IMG/VR virus record: IMGVR_UViG_3300047089_000152
Location: 1 to 64,000 of that record
Length of the DNA: 64,000 nt
From: a virus
Strand: one strand, 5' to 3'
Positions 1 to 9,275 of this stretch are shown piece by piece. The notes under the pieces are model-generated. The model worked only from the letters and a program-made list of their open reading frames with translations, was not told the origin of the DNA and made no database searches. Position 1 is the stretch's first letter, and each line of letters starts with the position of its first letter. The position numbers and the translations under genes are program-made.

Positions 1-110
1 GGTGTGGGTGGGTGGGTGGTGACGTGGGTAGGTGGGTGATGTGTGAGTGGGTGTGTGAGGTGAGTGGGTGTAGTGGGTAGGGTGGGCATGGAGTGTGGGG
101 TGGTGTAACG
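1..110 (+). repeat. G/T-rich low-complexity tract of GGGT/GTGG/GTGAG units at the window start
   Basis: Almost C-free run of ggtg/gggt units over the first ~110 nt; non-coding. Confidence 0.8.
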
Positions 111-144
111 TAAAGTAGTTGTGGATTGGTCTAGACCGGTGGTC

Positions 145-371
145 TGACCTGGCACTATGACGGTACGTGCACAGCTGTGACCTGGCCTTATGTACGTGAC
201 GTGGGTCACACTGCGTCATGTGACTGGTGTGACTGGTGAGGCGATTAGATATAGCATTCGATGCCTCGCTGGCCATGTCACGCTGTGTCACTGTTGATCA
301 TGGGCTGACCTGGCCTTATGACAGTGCGTGACATGGCCTTGACCTGGGCATACGCGCATAACCGCAGGTCA
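145..371. repeat. Cluster of TGACCTG(G) motifs in non-coding DNA, possibly packaging or genome-end protein-binding sites
   Basis: tgacctgg at ~145, 178, 306 and 340; tgacctggccttatg exact at 178 and 306; inverted gcaggtca at 364. Confidence 0.6.
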
Positions 372-390
372 GAGGGGGTGTATACGGCCA

Positions 391-406
391 TGGTACGATA
401 GAGGTA
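391..406 (+). promoter_or_regulatory. Putative phage promoter (extended -10 TGG-TACGAT followed by AGAGGTA)
   Basis: Same TGn-TACAST-AGAGGTA pattern at 35137, 39129, 40158, 43468 and 46262. Confidence 0.55.
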
Positions 407-432
407 GTTCACGTTCCGATCGGAGGTTGGTT

Positions 433-834
433 ATGGATACGCACACAACGCGCGACACGGTTACCGTCACGCTGGTAAACGTCAAGTGCGCATGTGACGA
501 GTGGGTCATGTGCCCCACCCATGAGGCACAGAACGACGCAGTCGTGGCAGGTCAAGACATGTTCACGACCATGATGGGTGAGGCTGGCATCACCCGCATG
601 GCCAGGCACTACCGCACGTACCGTAGCGAGGTTGCTGCGGCCGGTAGCTTGGACGCTCAGTTGGAGCGGTACGAACTGTTTACGGCCATGGTCTCGGAGC
701 GTCCGTGTACCGCTCCGATTGACCCCATGGCTCGTAGGTGGAATCGGACGCGCACCGCGCGTACGGCTCCTGCCGACGCTAGCCTGACCGACAGTCCGGT
801 TGCCGTGACCGACCGCAGTAAGCGCACCTGGTGA
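433..834 (+). CDS. Hypothetical phage protein
   Basis: ORF with GGAGG RBS at 422. Confidence 0.6.
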   Translation: MDTHTTRDTVTVTLVNVKCACDEWVMCPTHEAQNDAVVAGQDMFTTMMGEAGITRMARHYRTYRSEVAAAGSLDAQLERYELFTAMVSERPCTAPIDPMARRWNRTRTARTAPADASLTDSPVAVTDRSKRTW

Positions 835-843
835 ATCCCGGTT

Positions 844-874
844 TGACCGGCCACGTCTCGGACGTGGCCGGTCA
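844..874. repeat. Perfect 14-bp inverted repeat (intergenic hairpin)
   Basis: tgaccggccacgtc-tcg-gacgtggccggtca. Confidence 0.8.
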
Positions 875-923
875 TGCTGGCAGTCATCCGACCGTCAGTT
901 CCCCGATTCCTTTTGGAGGAATC

Positions 924-1334
924 ATGTCAGAGTCCACCGACACCACAACCACGATCGATGCTGAGCAGTTCGCTCAGTTCCAAGCGTTCCAGGCAAAGCA
1001 GGCCGCTGACAAGGCTAAGGCTGAGGCTGCCAAGGTCGCGCGCAAGCGTGCGAACAACCGGCCGCTCGACGCTTCCGGTGAGGAAATGCCCGCTGGACAG
1101 TCCTACGTCAAGATTCAGGCCGACTACCTGGCCGCCGTGCTCGACGTCTACCAGAACGACCCCGACTCGCTGGTCAGGTCACTGACCGACGTCCTGCTCC
1201 CCACCATGCAGCGTGTTGCGCATGCCCCCCGGCTCGCGCAGGCCAGCACCTACGATCAGGAGCGCAAGGTCATTCTGGCCGGCTCTCCTCCGGAGGGTAC
1301 GCTGCCCGTCCCTACCCCGAAGTCCGGCAAGTAG
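924..1334 (+). CDS. Hypothetical phage protein
   Basis: GGAGG RBS, strong GC3 codon bias. Confidence 0.75.
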   Translation: MSESTDTTTTIDAEQFAQFQAFQAKQAADKAKAEAAKVARKRANNRPLDASGEEMPAGQSYVKIQADYLAAVLDVYQNDPDSLVRSLTDVLLPTMQRVAHAPRLAQASTYDQERKVILAGSPPEGTLPVPTPKSGK

Positions 1335-1342
1335 TCACCCCG

Positions 1343-1379
1343 CTAGGGTGGGGCACCGTGACACGGTGCCCCACCCTAG
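1343..1379. repeat. Perfect 18-bp inverted repeat after a stop codon
   Basis: ctagggtggggcaccgtg-a-cacggtgccccaccctag. Confidence 0.85.
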
Positions 1380-1500
1380 GTCGACCGCGTGTCCCGTGTT
1401 TTGACAGTCACGGTCGGGCATCGGCACCTTACGTCCTATGGTGCGTGTCCGACCGTGGCTGTAGATGCACGTTCATCCAACCCGCATGGAGGTATCCGTT

Positions 1501-1695
1501 ATGTCCACCGACCCGACCGACCTGTCGGAACTGACCGACCTGTCGGAAACTCAGACGGGTCGGTGGCATCGCACTGTGTTCGACATTCTCATCCGTGACG
1601 AGATTGTCGCGCACCAGATTGTCGACTACCTGCCGGATGGCACGGTGGAATCCCGGACTGTCCAGCGCTGCAATCCGTGTCGCTGCTGGCAGTGA
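1501..1695 (+). CDS. Small hypothetical protein
   Basis: GGAGGT RBS; internal 18-nt tandem repeat (TDLSE x2). Confidence 0.55.
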   Translation: MSTDPTDLSELTDLSETQTGRWHRTVFDILIRDEIVAHQIVDYLPDGTVESRTVQRCNPCRCWQ

Positions 1696-1708
1696 CACGT
1701 CCTGACTG

Positions 1709-1742
1709 AATCCCCGCAACCCGCGTGGTTTGCGGGGATTTT
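1709..1742 (+). terminator. Putative intrinsic terminator
   Basis: aatccccgcaa...ttgcggggatt stem followed by tt. Confidence 0.55.
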
Positions 1743-2179
1743 CGTCGTCGTCCCCAACCTCACCTGTGGAGGTGAATCCGTAATGTCTGAAAATCCCCTG
1801 CGTGTCCTTGTCGCTGCTGGTGATCAGGATGCGCGTCGGCTCCTGGCCGACGTGCCTCGCATGGATACGCGTACGTGGCCGCGTTGGCTGCGCGAGCGTC
1901 CGATCGGCTGGGAAGGTGCCCAGCAACAGCAAATCGTCCGGTGTGCGTCGTGAACGCCAAGTCGTGCACCGCTGGTATCAGCGTTTGTGACGGTAGCTGT
2001 AACCGGGAGTGGGTGCAGATCACCCCGTCGGGGTGGTGGGCGACGTGGTTGTCGTGTCAAGACGGTGGCCAGGTCATCAGCGGTTCCGGTGTGACGTACA
2101 CGGGTACTCTGCCTGACGGTCGCACGGTCGCGCGGACATTCGACGGTCGAGAGTGGACCCAGGTTCGGGTGCGTGCGTG

Positions 2180-2560
2180 ATGCCCGCCCCGACGCTGGCC
2201 GACGCGTACCTGGATTTGCGTGTGTCGCTGGCCGACGCGCGTGACGAGTACAACATGGCTCTCATGCGTGCGAAACGTGCCCAGGACCGGGACGTGCGTA
2301 ATGCTCACCTGCGGTGGTCGACCGCGTGTAAACGGGCGCGTGACGCAGCCCGGAAACGCCGTGCGTGGCGTGCGAAACTGCGCGGGTTCGACGACGCTCA
2401 GCTAGCGCAGCTGTCCGGGACTATCCAGTGGAATCTGGGACCCGGAAATGCTCTGCGCCGCACACCTGAAGATTCTGCGCGTGACACCCAGAACCTGGCG
2501 ATGGTACGCGCGGAGATTACCCGGCGGTGTGAGAACCCAGGATCGGAGGTGATTCTGTGA
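2180..2560 (+). CDS. Hypothetical protein
   Basis: ORF in an overlapping gene chain. Confidence 0.55.
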   Translation: MPAPTLADAYLDLRVSLADARDEYNMALMRAKRAQDRDVRNAHLRWSTACKRARDAARKRRAWRAKLRGFDDAQLAQLSGTIQWNLGPGNALRRTPEDSARDTQNLAMVRAEITRRCENPGSEVIL

Positions 2561-2781
2561 TATCTGCCCTTGTGCATGAGTGTGTCTCAACCCGGGCTGC
2601 GTGTAACCGCGCGGATGTCCGTGAACGTCTGCGGCTCCGTGAACCCAGGTTCGCTGCGCAGCTTGACTACGCGGTGCGCGCATTGACGTGCATCCACCCG
2701 GGTTTGTTCGCGGCTTACCCACCCAACGCGACGGAGCATTGCTGGTATTGCAACCAGGATGTGCCGTACACCGAATTGTGA
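2557..2781 (+). CDS. Hypothetical protein
   Basis: GGAGG RBS, GTGA overlap. Confidence 0.55.
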   Translation: MISALVHECVSTRAACNRADVRERLRLREPRFAAQLDYAVRALTCIHPGLFAAYPPNATEHCWYCNQDVPYTEL

Positions 2782-2858
2782 GAACGCTACGGCAAGCGCC
2801 GGGGCATCCCAACCCAGTACGGGGGCGGGGATGCCCCGGGGTGTGCCGCATCGTGGCA
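2782..2858 (+). repeat. Intergenic structured repeat family A, copy 1
   Basis: gaacgctacggca-[hairpin]-ggtgtgccgcatcg. Confidence 0.7.
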
Positions 2859-2885
2859 TAACCCAGGATCAAGAAAAGTTCGGAG

Positions 2886-3524
2886 GTGACAATCGTGGAA
2901 GTTGATGCTGCACAGTACGCGGAGTTCCTGGCATACCAGTCCGGTGAGGCTGCGCGTGAACAGGAACGTGTAGCCGCCCAGTGGGCGGCGTGGGCCGGGC
3001 AGGTCGGCGGTGAGCCGTGGAAGATAGGCCGGGCGCATGACTTGGCGGTCGCGTTGATGGCCGACCATAGCGTGTCCGCGTGGACCCTGAAATTCGGGAA
3101 TGCGCTAAGGAAAGACGGTTCGGTCCATTACCTGCACAGGCCAGGTAGCCGCATGTGGGACGGGAAGCCCGGGACGCTCACGCTGTCCGGGCCGCTGATG
3201 TCGCTGTGGACCGCAGAGCAGCAGCGTGAAACGATCCTGCATGAGATCGCTCACATCATGTGCCCGGACAACGGCCACGACGCAGTGTGGGGATACCACT
3301 GCGCCCGGCTGGGTATCGAACCGCGTACCTGCTGGGACGAATCCCGGATGGCGTCTGCGCCGCCCGTGAAACAGCGTGTGCGCCCGTGGGTGGGTACGTG
3401 CAAAGGCGGGCACGCGCACAAGCCGCGTGCCCGTAAGCCGACCGCGCGGTATAGCTGCGCTGCGTGCAGCCCGGGCCGGTTCGACCCGGGTGCTCTTGTC
3501 ACGTGGGCGCTGAGGTCGCCGTGA
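2886..3524 (+). CDS. SprT-like zinc metalloprotease with C-terminal Zn ribbon
   Basis: ETILHEIAH (HExxH), GHDAVW, C-terminal CxxxH/CxxC. Confidence 0.8.
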   Translation: MTIVEVDAAQYAEFLAYQSGEAAREQERVAAQWAAWAGQVGGEPWKIGRAHDLAVALMADHSVSAWTLKFGNALRKDGSVHYLHRPGSRMWDGKPGTLTLSGPLMSLWTAEQQRETILHEIAHIMCPDNGHDAVWGYHCARLGIEPRTCWDESRMASAPPVKQRVRPWVGTCKGGHAHKPRARKPTARYSCAACSPGRFDPGALVTWALRSP

Positions 3525-3682
3525 AATGCGGGAAGCTGTGCTTCGCGACGGCAAGCCAGGCACGCGCGGCGATGCGTAAGGTACCAACCGATGCTAACGG
3601 CAGGTTCCCCACGCACGTGTACAGGTGCGGGCAGTGTAAGGCGTGGCATTACTCCAGCAGCAAACAGCGGAGGCGACAGTGA
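3521..3682 (+). CDS. Small Cys/His zinc-binding phage protein
   Basis: CGKLCF...YRCGQCKAWH. Confidence 0.65.
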   Translation: MKCGKLCFATASQARAAMRKVPTDANGRFPTHVYRCGQCKAWHYSSSKQRRRQ

Positions 3683-3900
3683 TGATCCCGATGGAATCCG
3701 ATGGATGGTGGGTACCCGTGAAACCTCGCAGGAACGAGGTAGCGAACCCGTCGTGTGAGTGCGGTCACGCGCAGGACGGGCACTGGCGGCGGGGCGGTTT
3801 CTGCCTGCGGCTGCATGCCCTGTATAAGGGTGCGCCCCTGTGCGGGTGCAGGCAGTTCACCAGGCGTGCCGCACCGGCCGTATCAACCCGGGGAGGTTAG
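3682..3900 (+). CDS. Small Cys-rich hypothetical protein
   Basis: CECGHxxxxH...CGC motif. Confidence 0.55.
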   Translation: MIPMESDGWWVPVKPRRNEVANPSCECGHAQDGHWRRGGFCLRLHALYKGAPLCGCRQFTRRAAPAVSTRGG

Positions 3901-3902
3901 CC

Positions 3903-4346
3903 ATGACAGCGGAGACAGCTCAGCCTGTAGTGCACCTGTCGTTGTTCTGCAAGCTCCAGTTCGTCCACGATCAGGATCGTGGACACCGGCAGTGTTCGGG
4001 TACGTGCGACGGTCACGGTTCCGGGATGCCATGCAGGCGGCGGTGCGCGTGCGTGTGCCACGCGCGCGGACAGAATCCCGAACAGATCACCCGCGAGTCT
4101 TTCCTGTCGCTGGTTCACGGTGAGCTGGAATCGTGGCTTCCGCGTGAACCCCGAACCCGTACGTCGTGGTGGATGTTCGTGCAGGAGATCGCCGCTGCCC
4201 GGTTCAACGCGGCGTACGCGGAGGATTTCCCGAAGGAACGGGACCCGCAGGAAGTAGCCGCTATGCGCGCGGAACGCGGGCGCGGACGTGAAAGCCTGCG
4301 GCCGGGTGACAGGGCCTCAACGAGGCAGGTCCCGCCCAAGGAGTAA
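3903..4346 (+). CDS. Hypothetical protein
   Basis: GGAGG RBS; CACVCH motif. Confidence 0.55.
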   Translation: MTAETAQPVVHLSLFCKLQFVHDQDRGHRQCSGTCDGHGSGMPCRRRCACVCHARGQNPEQITRESFLSLVHGELESWLPREPRTRTSWWMFVQEIAAARFNAAYAEDFPKERDPQEVAAMRAERGRGRESLRPGDRASTRQVPPKE

Positions 4347-4480
4347 CCCCCTAGACGCGGGCGGGGATCTGGTGGCTGTGAATAATCCCTGGTACGCGCC
4401 CCCATCGTGTCCGGGGGCGGAGGTTAGCCCCAGTTCCCCGCCCGTCCACGCAGTTTTCACCCCAGGAAAGGTATTTAGTC

Positions 4481-4918
4481 ATGTCGAAGGACAGGACCAA
4501 GGATGGTCCCAGCAGCGTCGACGACTACCGGTGGCGGGTAACTGTCCGTAACAACGTTACGGGGTTGCTGCGTGAATACCGGGTAGCAGCCACGTTGATC
4601 GCGTTGGCGTTCTGCGTGATGGTCACGGCTGTCGTGGCGTTCCCTGACAGTTTCGCCGGGCCGTTTCTGTTCCTAGCCGGGTACGGCATAGCCGTGTCCG
4701 GTTTTATCAATTTCGCGATACGTGAACTCGGCACGTTACAGAAACGCTGCGGCACAGCTGGGCACCGCCCATCACGCGCACTGATTCGTGGTGATGGGCG
4801 GTGCCCAGGTATGCCACATCGGTGTATCAATCCAGGGGAAGGAACCCCGTGTTTCGTCACCCGCTTATCGGCAGCGCCGACCCTGTCCAGGACGTGCGGT
4901 TCGTCGGTGTGCTCGTAG
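4481..4918 (+). CDS. Membrane protein with 2 TM segments; C-terminus reads through repeat A2
   Basis: Two hydrophobic segments; in-frame CAG at 4739 where sibling repeats have a stop. Confidence 0.55.
   Translation: MSKDRTKDGPSSVDDYRWRVTVRNNVTGLLREYRVAATLIALAFCVMVTAVVAFPDSFAGPFLFLAGYGIAVSGFINFAIRELGTLQKRCGTAGHRPSRALIRGDGRCPGMPHRCINPGEGTPCFVTRLSAAPTLSRTCGSSVCS
4742..4830 (+). repeat. Intergenic structured repeat family A, copy 2
   Basis: aaacgctgcggcac-[hairpin]-ggtatgccacatcggtgtatcaa. Confidence 0.8.
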
Positions 4919-5022
4919 AATCCGCCCTCGTATGCAGATGCGGCGGGGAGCCCACCGTGACTCTACCTGGCCCGGACGGCGACCTGCATGTCTGTAACGA
5001 GTGTGCTACTCGTCTCGTCTAG
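4849..5022 (+). CDS. Small zinc-finger-like protein
   Basis: GAAGGA RBS; CRC...CNEC. Confidence 0.5.
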   Translation: MFRHPLIGSADPVQDVRFVGVLVESALVCRCGGEPTVTLPGPDGDLHVCNECATRLV

Positions 5023-5097
5023 AACGCTGCGGCACGCGGGGCGCAGCCCGAACCCTGCACCGGGTACGGGCTGCGCCCGGTATGCCACATCGTGTAT
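5022..5097 (+). repeat. Intergenic structured repeat family A, copy 3
   Basis: gaacgctgcggcacgcg-[hairpin]-ggtatgccacatcgtgtat. Confidence 0.8.
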
Positions 5098-5129
5098 GCC
5101 GAATTCAACACTGCTCATCGGAGGACCCC

Positions 5130-5483
5130 GTGAAAATCAGGAGCCTGCTCATCGCCGGTACGATGCTGGCCGGAACCCCGCTTGGTTTCGCTGCGCTGGC
5201 CAGCCCCGCGGACGCGGCTGTCGTGTCCTGCTCGACTATCCACACGGACAAGACGTCGACCACGTCGACCGGGTCGTGGTCCCACACCGTCACGAACGAG
5301 AACAAGTGCGGCCGGGACTACGACAAGTGGACTGTGCGGATCTCCCACTCCTACACCGGCGCGCACTCCGTCACCCACACGTACAGGGACGAGGACTACC
5401 CGCGGTACAACCAGACCGCGGTCCGGGACTCCTGGTCCAAGACCGGCCGTTACACCCACACCGTGACCGTCACCGTCGGCTGA
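5130..5483 (+). CDS. Secreted Thr-rich protein
   Basis: Sec-type signal peptide ending PADA. Confidence 0.7.
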   Translation: MKIRSLLIAGTMLAGTPLGFAALASPADAAVVSCSTIHTDKTSTTSTGSWSHTVTNENKCGRDYDKWTVRISHSYTGAHSVTHTYRDEDYPRYNQTAVRDSWSKTGRYTHTVTVTVG

Positions 5484-5565
5484 CAGCGTGCGGCCCCCGG
5501 ATCACTCAGGAGCGAACCGTGCCGATCCGGGGGCCGCCGCATCACCACATCTGAGGAGGTGAAAT

Positions 5566-5835
5566 ATGCTCACCAGGCATTTTTACGCGCGTCGGCTCCG
5601 AGCCCACTTCGACGACGAGGCACACGCCAGGACTTCGATGCTCGCTTCTTACTGCGACTGGTGCGCCGGCAGGCGGCAGGTTCGTGTCGTTGTGGACGGG
5701 CAAATCAGCGGGCAGGCTTGCTACAACCACCTATCCCGGGTGATGTACGAACTCATACAGGCAAATCCAGGTGTCGCAGTGCACCCCGAATTCAAGGAAA
5801 CTAAGCGGCCACCCAGACCAGTCATCGTCAACTAG
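5566..5835 (+). CDS. Hypothetical protein
   Basis: AGGAGG RBS. Confidence 0.55.
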   Translation: MLTRHFYARRLRAHFDDEAHARTSMLASYCDWCAGRRQVRVVVDGQISGQACYNHLSRVMYELIQANPGVAVHPEFKETKRPPRPVIVN

Positions 5836-5913
5836 CACGAACGACAGGCGGGGAGCCGCCCGGGTGAGCCATATCGCCCGGGCGGTTCCCGGTATGCCGG
5901 ATCGGTGTATCAA
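5836..5913 (+). repeat. Intergenic structured repeat family A, copy 4
   Basis: [hairpin]-ggtatgccggatcggtgtatcaa. Confidence 0.75.
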
Positions 5914-5933
5914 ACCAAGGAAAGGAGCCGGTT

Positions 5934-6161
5934 ATGGCTAGGGCCACAGGTACGAAGCGCACCGAGCCGATGCCCGCGCACAGGCTGCTGGCCGCACTCA
6001 TCAGGGCGATGGAGGCGGGCGTGGACAACCAGGAAATCCTCATGGCCATGAGGTTCGCCGACAGGGCCGAGGGTGTGAAGCAGTCCCCCGTGTGGGGGAT
6101 GGTCACCGACGACATGAACGCAGCCGCCGACAAGATGAACGCGCTGCAAGACCCCACGTAA
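5934..6161 (+). CDS. Hypothetical protein
   Basis: AAGGAG RBS. Confidence 0.65.
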   Translation: MARATGTKRTEPMPAHRLLAALIRAMEAGVDNQEILMAMRFADRAEGVKQSPVWGMVTDDMNAAADKMNALQDPT

Positions 6162-6250
6162 CGCTGAACGGCACGCGGCGTGCCACCCGGTCCCACCAGA
6201 ATGTGCAGTGGGCCCCGGGTGGCACGCGGTACGCCGGGTCGGTTGTGCCA
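6160..6250 (+). repeat. Intergenic structured repeat family A, copy 5
   Basis: aacgctgaacggcacgcg-[hairpin]-ggtacgccgggtcggttgt. Confidence 0.7.
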
Positions 6251-6272
6251 CAGGTTAAGGAAGGAGACAGTC

Positions 6273-6413
6273 ATGCCCAGGTTTTCGTACATGGTGGTGT
6301 CCGCTGTCTTGGACGACCATGTATCAGATGAGGAAGCCAGACGGACCGTCCGGGACATTCTTGGCCCGGACTACGTCGTGACCGAAGGGATTGTCGATGA
6401 GCCAGCAGCTTAA
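6273..6413 (+). CDS. Small hypothetical protein
   Basis: AAGGAG RBS. Confidence 0.55.
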   Translation: MPRFSYMVVSAVLDDHVSDEEARRTVRDILGPDYVVTEGIVDEPAA

Positions 6414-6705
6414 CCTCCGGTACAACGCCGAGGTTGAACGTACAGGTGAGGACCCTTCCACGCAGAACTACATCACGTACTCGGCGGCAGCGACGCTGCT
6501 CCGGTCCCTGCGTGAAGGTGACGCCGCCGTCTTCAACGCCGTCGCCGGGCCGGGCGCGGACGAGATCTGATGCCAAGGTTCGTGGTCCTGGATTGTGAGA
6601 CAGGGCATCGCAGGGCGTGTCATTCTCGCCCGTGGCGGATCTGGAGCATCACGTATTGCGTATGTGACTGCCACGCGTGGTGGTCACGGAAAAGGAGAAG
6701 GAAAC

Positions 6706-7065
6706 ATGCCAAGGACGAGAACTGACCCTGTGATGGTCCACCTGGAAAACTACACGTACAAGCCACGCGACGAAAAGGTGAACGAGCCGCTGGTTGATCA
6801 CATGCGCAGCGACCACCCGTCAGCGTGGGCCCGTTGGATGGTGGGTGACACGCTGGGTGACATCGAAGACCAGCATTACATCGAACACGGGAAGCTGACC
6901 AGCGAAGCTGAGATGGCCCGGGAGATCGAAGCTGACAACCGACGCGAACAGATCCCCAGCGACCAGTGCCCGCGTTCCGCGGAATGCGACTGTCGGCCGG
7001 GCGCATGCAGCATGCTCGACGCGTCCGTCGCCCGGCACCCCGCCGGTAAGAACAGGAGCATGTGA
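6706..7065 (+). CDS. Hypothetical protein
   Basis: AAGGA RBS. Confidence 0.6.
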   Translation: MPRTRTDPVMVHLENYTYKPRDEKVNEPLVDHMRSDHPSAWARWMVGDTLGDIEDQHYIEHGKLTSEAEMAREIEADNRREQIPSDQCPRSAECDCRPGACSMLDASVARHPAGKNRSM

Positions 7066-7370
7066 TGCAGCAGGTTCCGCAAGACACAGTGACACGCGTC
7101 GTCGTCGGTGACGACTTCTACGGGTACCGGATGCCGGTCCCGTCGGAGTTCACCCCGGACCCGATGGCAGACCTGGACGAGAAGTGGTCCGTGCTGGAAG
7201 GCATCGGGATCCCGCGTCGCGACGAAACGACACCGCTGCGTGCGTGGCGGGATGCGGTAGCCGACGAGACCGGTGTGCCCCGCGCGCAGCTGGACACCGA
7301 ACAGGGGGGTGTCCTCGACCTGGGGTTCACACCCATGTACGTCCGCACGTTCGTCCTGTTCCTGGCCTAA
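7062..7370 (+). CDS. Hypothetical protein
   Basis: Overlapping start and stop. Confidence 0.6.
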   Translation: MMQQVPQDTVTRVVVGDDFYGYRMPVPSEFTPDPMADLDEKWSVLEGIGIPRRDETTPLRAWRDAVADETGVPRAQLDTEQGGVLDLGFTPMYVRTFVLFLA

Positions 7371-7522
7371 GCCATGTCTTCAAGGCGTAAGGCCATCAGG
7401 AACCTGAAACGGTGGAACAGGTACTTCTCGCATTACCGCGGGCATGTGCCCACGCCAGGTTTCTGGCGGGCTTTCAACCGCACGTGACATCATCGCGCGC
7501 CCGGCGCGTAATCCGGGCATAT

Positions 7523-7599
7523 GCCACTGGCACATGGCGCCGGCCTCGTACGTGGGTATTTGCCCCTGGGGTGCAGCTGTTCGATCCAGCTAGGTGGCA
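7523..7599 (+). ncRNA. tRNA-like element (acceptor stem plus T-arm; non-canonical D and anticodon region)
   Basis: agctg-TTCGATC-cagct T-arm followed by aggtggca, which pairs with 5' gccact. Confidence 0.3.
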
Positions 7600-7685
7600 C
7601 GAACCGGGCGCGCACGATCTCCGTGTTAACAGCACGGCATCTCACGTGCGCGCCCGGTCCCCACATAGAACGAAAGGAGGACAGC

Positions 7686-7952
7686 ATGGCCGACAAGATC
7701 GTGGACGGCGAAACCTATGACTGGTCCACGGAAAGAACCGGTGGCGGGCGGACCGCTAAGGGGTATACGAAGTACCTGCATCTCCTCGACGGGAAAGCCC
7801 GTGAACTCGACATCTACGACTACGGGCACACGAACCCGGTCAACTTCCTGATCGCGCTGCGGAGGGTCGCGCGTGTGCACGGTCTCGCCGCCAAAACCAA
7901 GGTTGTGGACGACCACACCGTCGCATTCCAGATCACCGGGAGACGTAAATGA
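7686..7952 (+). CDS. Hypothetical protein
   Basis: AAGGAGG RBS. Confidence 0.7.
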   Translation: MADKIVDGETYDWSTERTGGGRTAKGYTKYLHLLDGKARELDIYDYGHTNPVNFLIALRRVARVHGLAAKTKVVDDHTVAFQITGRRK

Positions 7953-8353
7953 ACGCGTCCGTGTTCGACGCGATCCGGGTCGCGCAGGACCTGACCACAC
8001 CGGACTCCACGAACTACGAATACATCCGCGGGCAGGCAGACCTGATCTGTCACCTGTTCGGCCTGTCCACGGACGAGTGGCGGGACGAGGTGATAGCGGA
8101 GATCAGGCAGCAGTCCGGCAAGTACGTGAATGTGGAGCCCGTCCGGGAGCCTTTGAACGTGACCATCACGCCGGATGCGCGTGATCGGATACGCGACCTG
8201 CACAAACCCAACACTGACCTGTCACCTACGCCCTACTGCACCAACGCGAACGGCATCCCGGGTAACCACAGGGACGTAACGGCGTGGCCGTGTGTGGTGA
8301 TAACGCTCCTAGAAGCGCTGGAAGCCGCAGAGAAACAGCTAAGCCTCGACTGA
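7949..8353 (+). CDS. Hypothetical protein
   Basis: ATGA overlap. Confidence 0.65.
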   Translation: MNASVFDAIRVAQDLTTPDSTNYEYIRGQADLICHLFGLSTDEWRDEVIAEIRQQSGKYVNVEPVREPLNVTITPDARDRIRDLHKPNTDLSPTPYCTNANGIPGNHRDVTAWPCVVITLLEALEAAEKQLSLD

Positions 8354-8370
8354 AAAGGGGATACAGGCAA

Positions 8371-8688
8371 ATGGAAAAGAACACTGAACTGGCATACGAG
8401 ACGCTGGACTACATCCGCGAGCACCCCGAGGAATGGGACCAGAATCAGTTCGTCTGCGGTACTACAGCGTGTTACGCCGGGCGTGCCGCGCTTATCAGCC
8501 TGGGACTTCAAAACCAGTCCCAGTACCATGAATACCGGATAAATAACGGCTTCGACACCGAAGCGATCGCAACGCGTGCGCTCGGCTGGACCAAACAGGA
8601 AGCCTCTCACGTGTTCTACAGGTTCACGAAGGACTTCGCGGTGCTGGAACGCGCCGTCAAGGAAGTACTCAACGGTGAGGTCCACTGA
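8371..8688 (+). CDS. Actinophage-type hypothetical protein
   Basis: IREHPEEWDQ...CGTTACYAG motif. Confidence 0.7.
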   Translation: MEKNTELAYETLDYIREHPEEWDQNQFVCGTTACYAGRAALISLGLQNQSQYHEYRINNGFDTEAIATRALGWTKQEASHVFYRFTKDFAVLERAVKEVLNGEVH

Positions 8689-8786
8689 ACCTCCGGTGAC
8701 ATTCAGCATCGCCACCCGCCCCCGTCCGGTCGGGTGGTGTTGCTGTGTGCCAGCCGGTGCGCAAACGATAGAAGGGAGGGGCAGTT

Positions 8787-9275
8787 ATGCCCCACCGATT
8801 TGACCCGTTCGGGGTGGACGAACCAGGAGACCAGGAAGAGGAAACGCTCCGCCGCCTCGACGCGAACCTGCTTGGCGGCGGCCCGCTGCCGCCGCGTGGG
8901 ACGATCGAGCAGTTCATCCAAGCTGCGGGCATCGTCGGCGACGGTGAGCAGATCCAGTTCATCGGGATCGCTGTCGGTGTCTCCAGCATGCCGGGCGTAG
9001 CCGGGCGTTCCCTCTCGTGGGATGCGGGTGACCCGCTGCCGCACACGTCACGGACGTTCGACGACCCGCCGTTCGCGTACACACCGTCCGAGTGGCGGGA
9101 CATGCTGATCCGGGGGGTCAGCCTGGCTGAGGACGAAGACGATTTCACGTTCGACCTGAAAGCGTCCCTCGGCCAGGACATGATCCACTCGCATCACGTC
9201 CCCGTCGACACGGCGATCGACGGGTGCGGCGAGTTCGCCGCGTGGCTGTGGTCCGAGTTCCGTACGGTGCCGTGA
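8787..9275 (+). CDS. Acidic hypothetical protein
   Basis: GGAGG RBS. Confidence 0.65.
   Translation: MPHRFDPFGVDEPGDQEEETLRRLDANLLGGGPLPPRGTIEQFIQAAGIVGDGEQIQFIGIAVGVSSMPGVAGRSLSWDAGDPLPHTSRTFDDPPFAYTPSEWRDMLIRGVSLAEDEDDFTFDLKASLGQDMIHSHHVPVDTAIDGCGEFAAWLWSEFRTVP

Noticed and set aside
7523-7599. Bona fide functional tRNA gene
   Set aside because: No recognisable D-arm or anticodon arm; kept only as a low-confidence tRNA-like element
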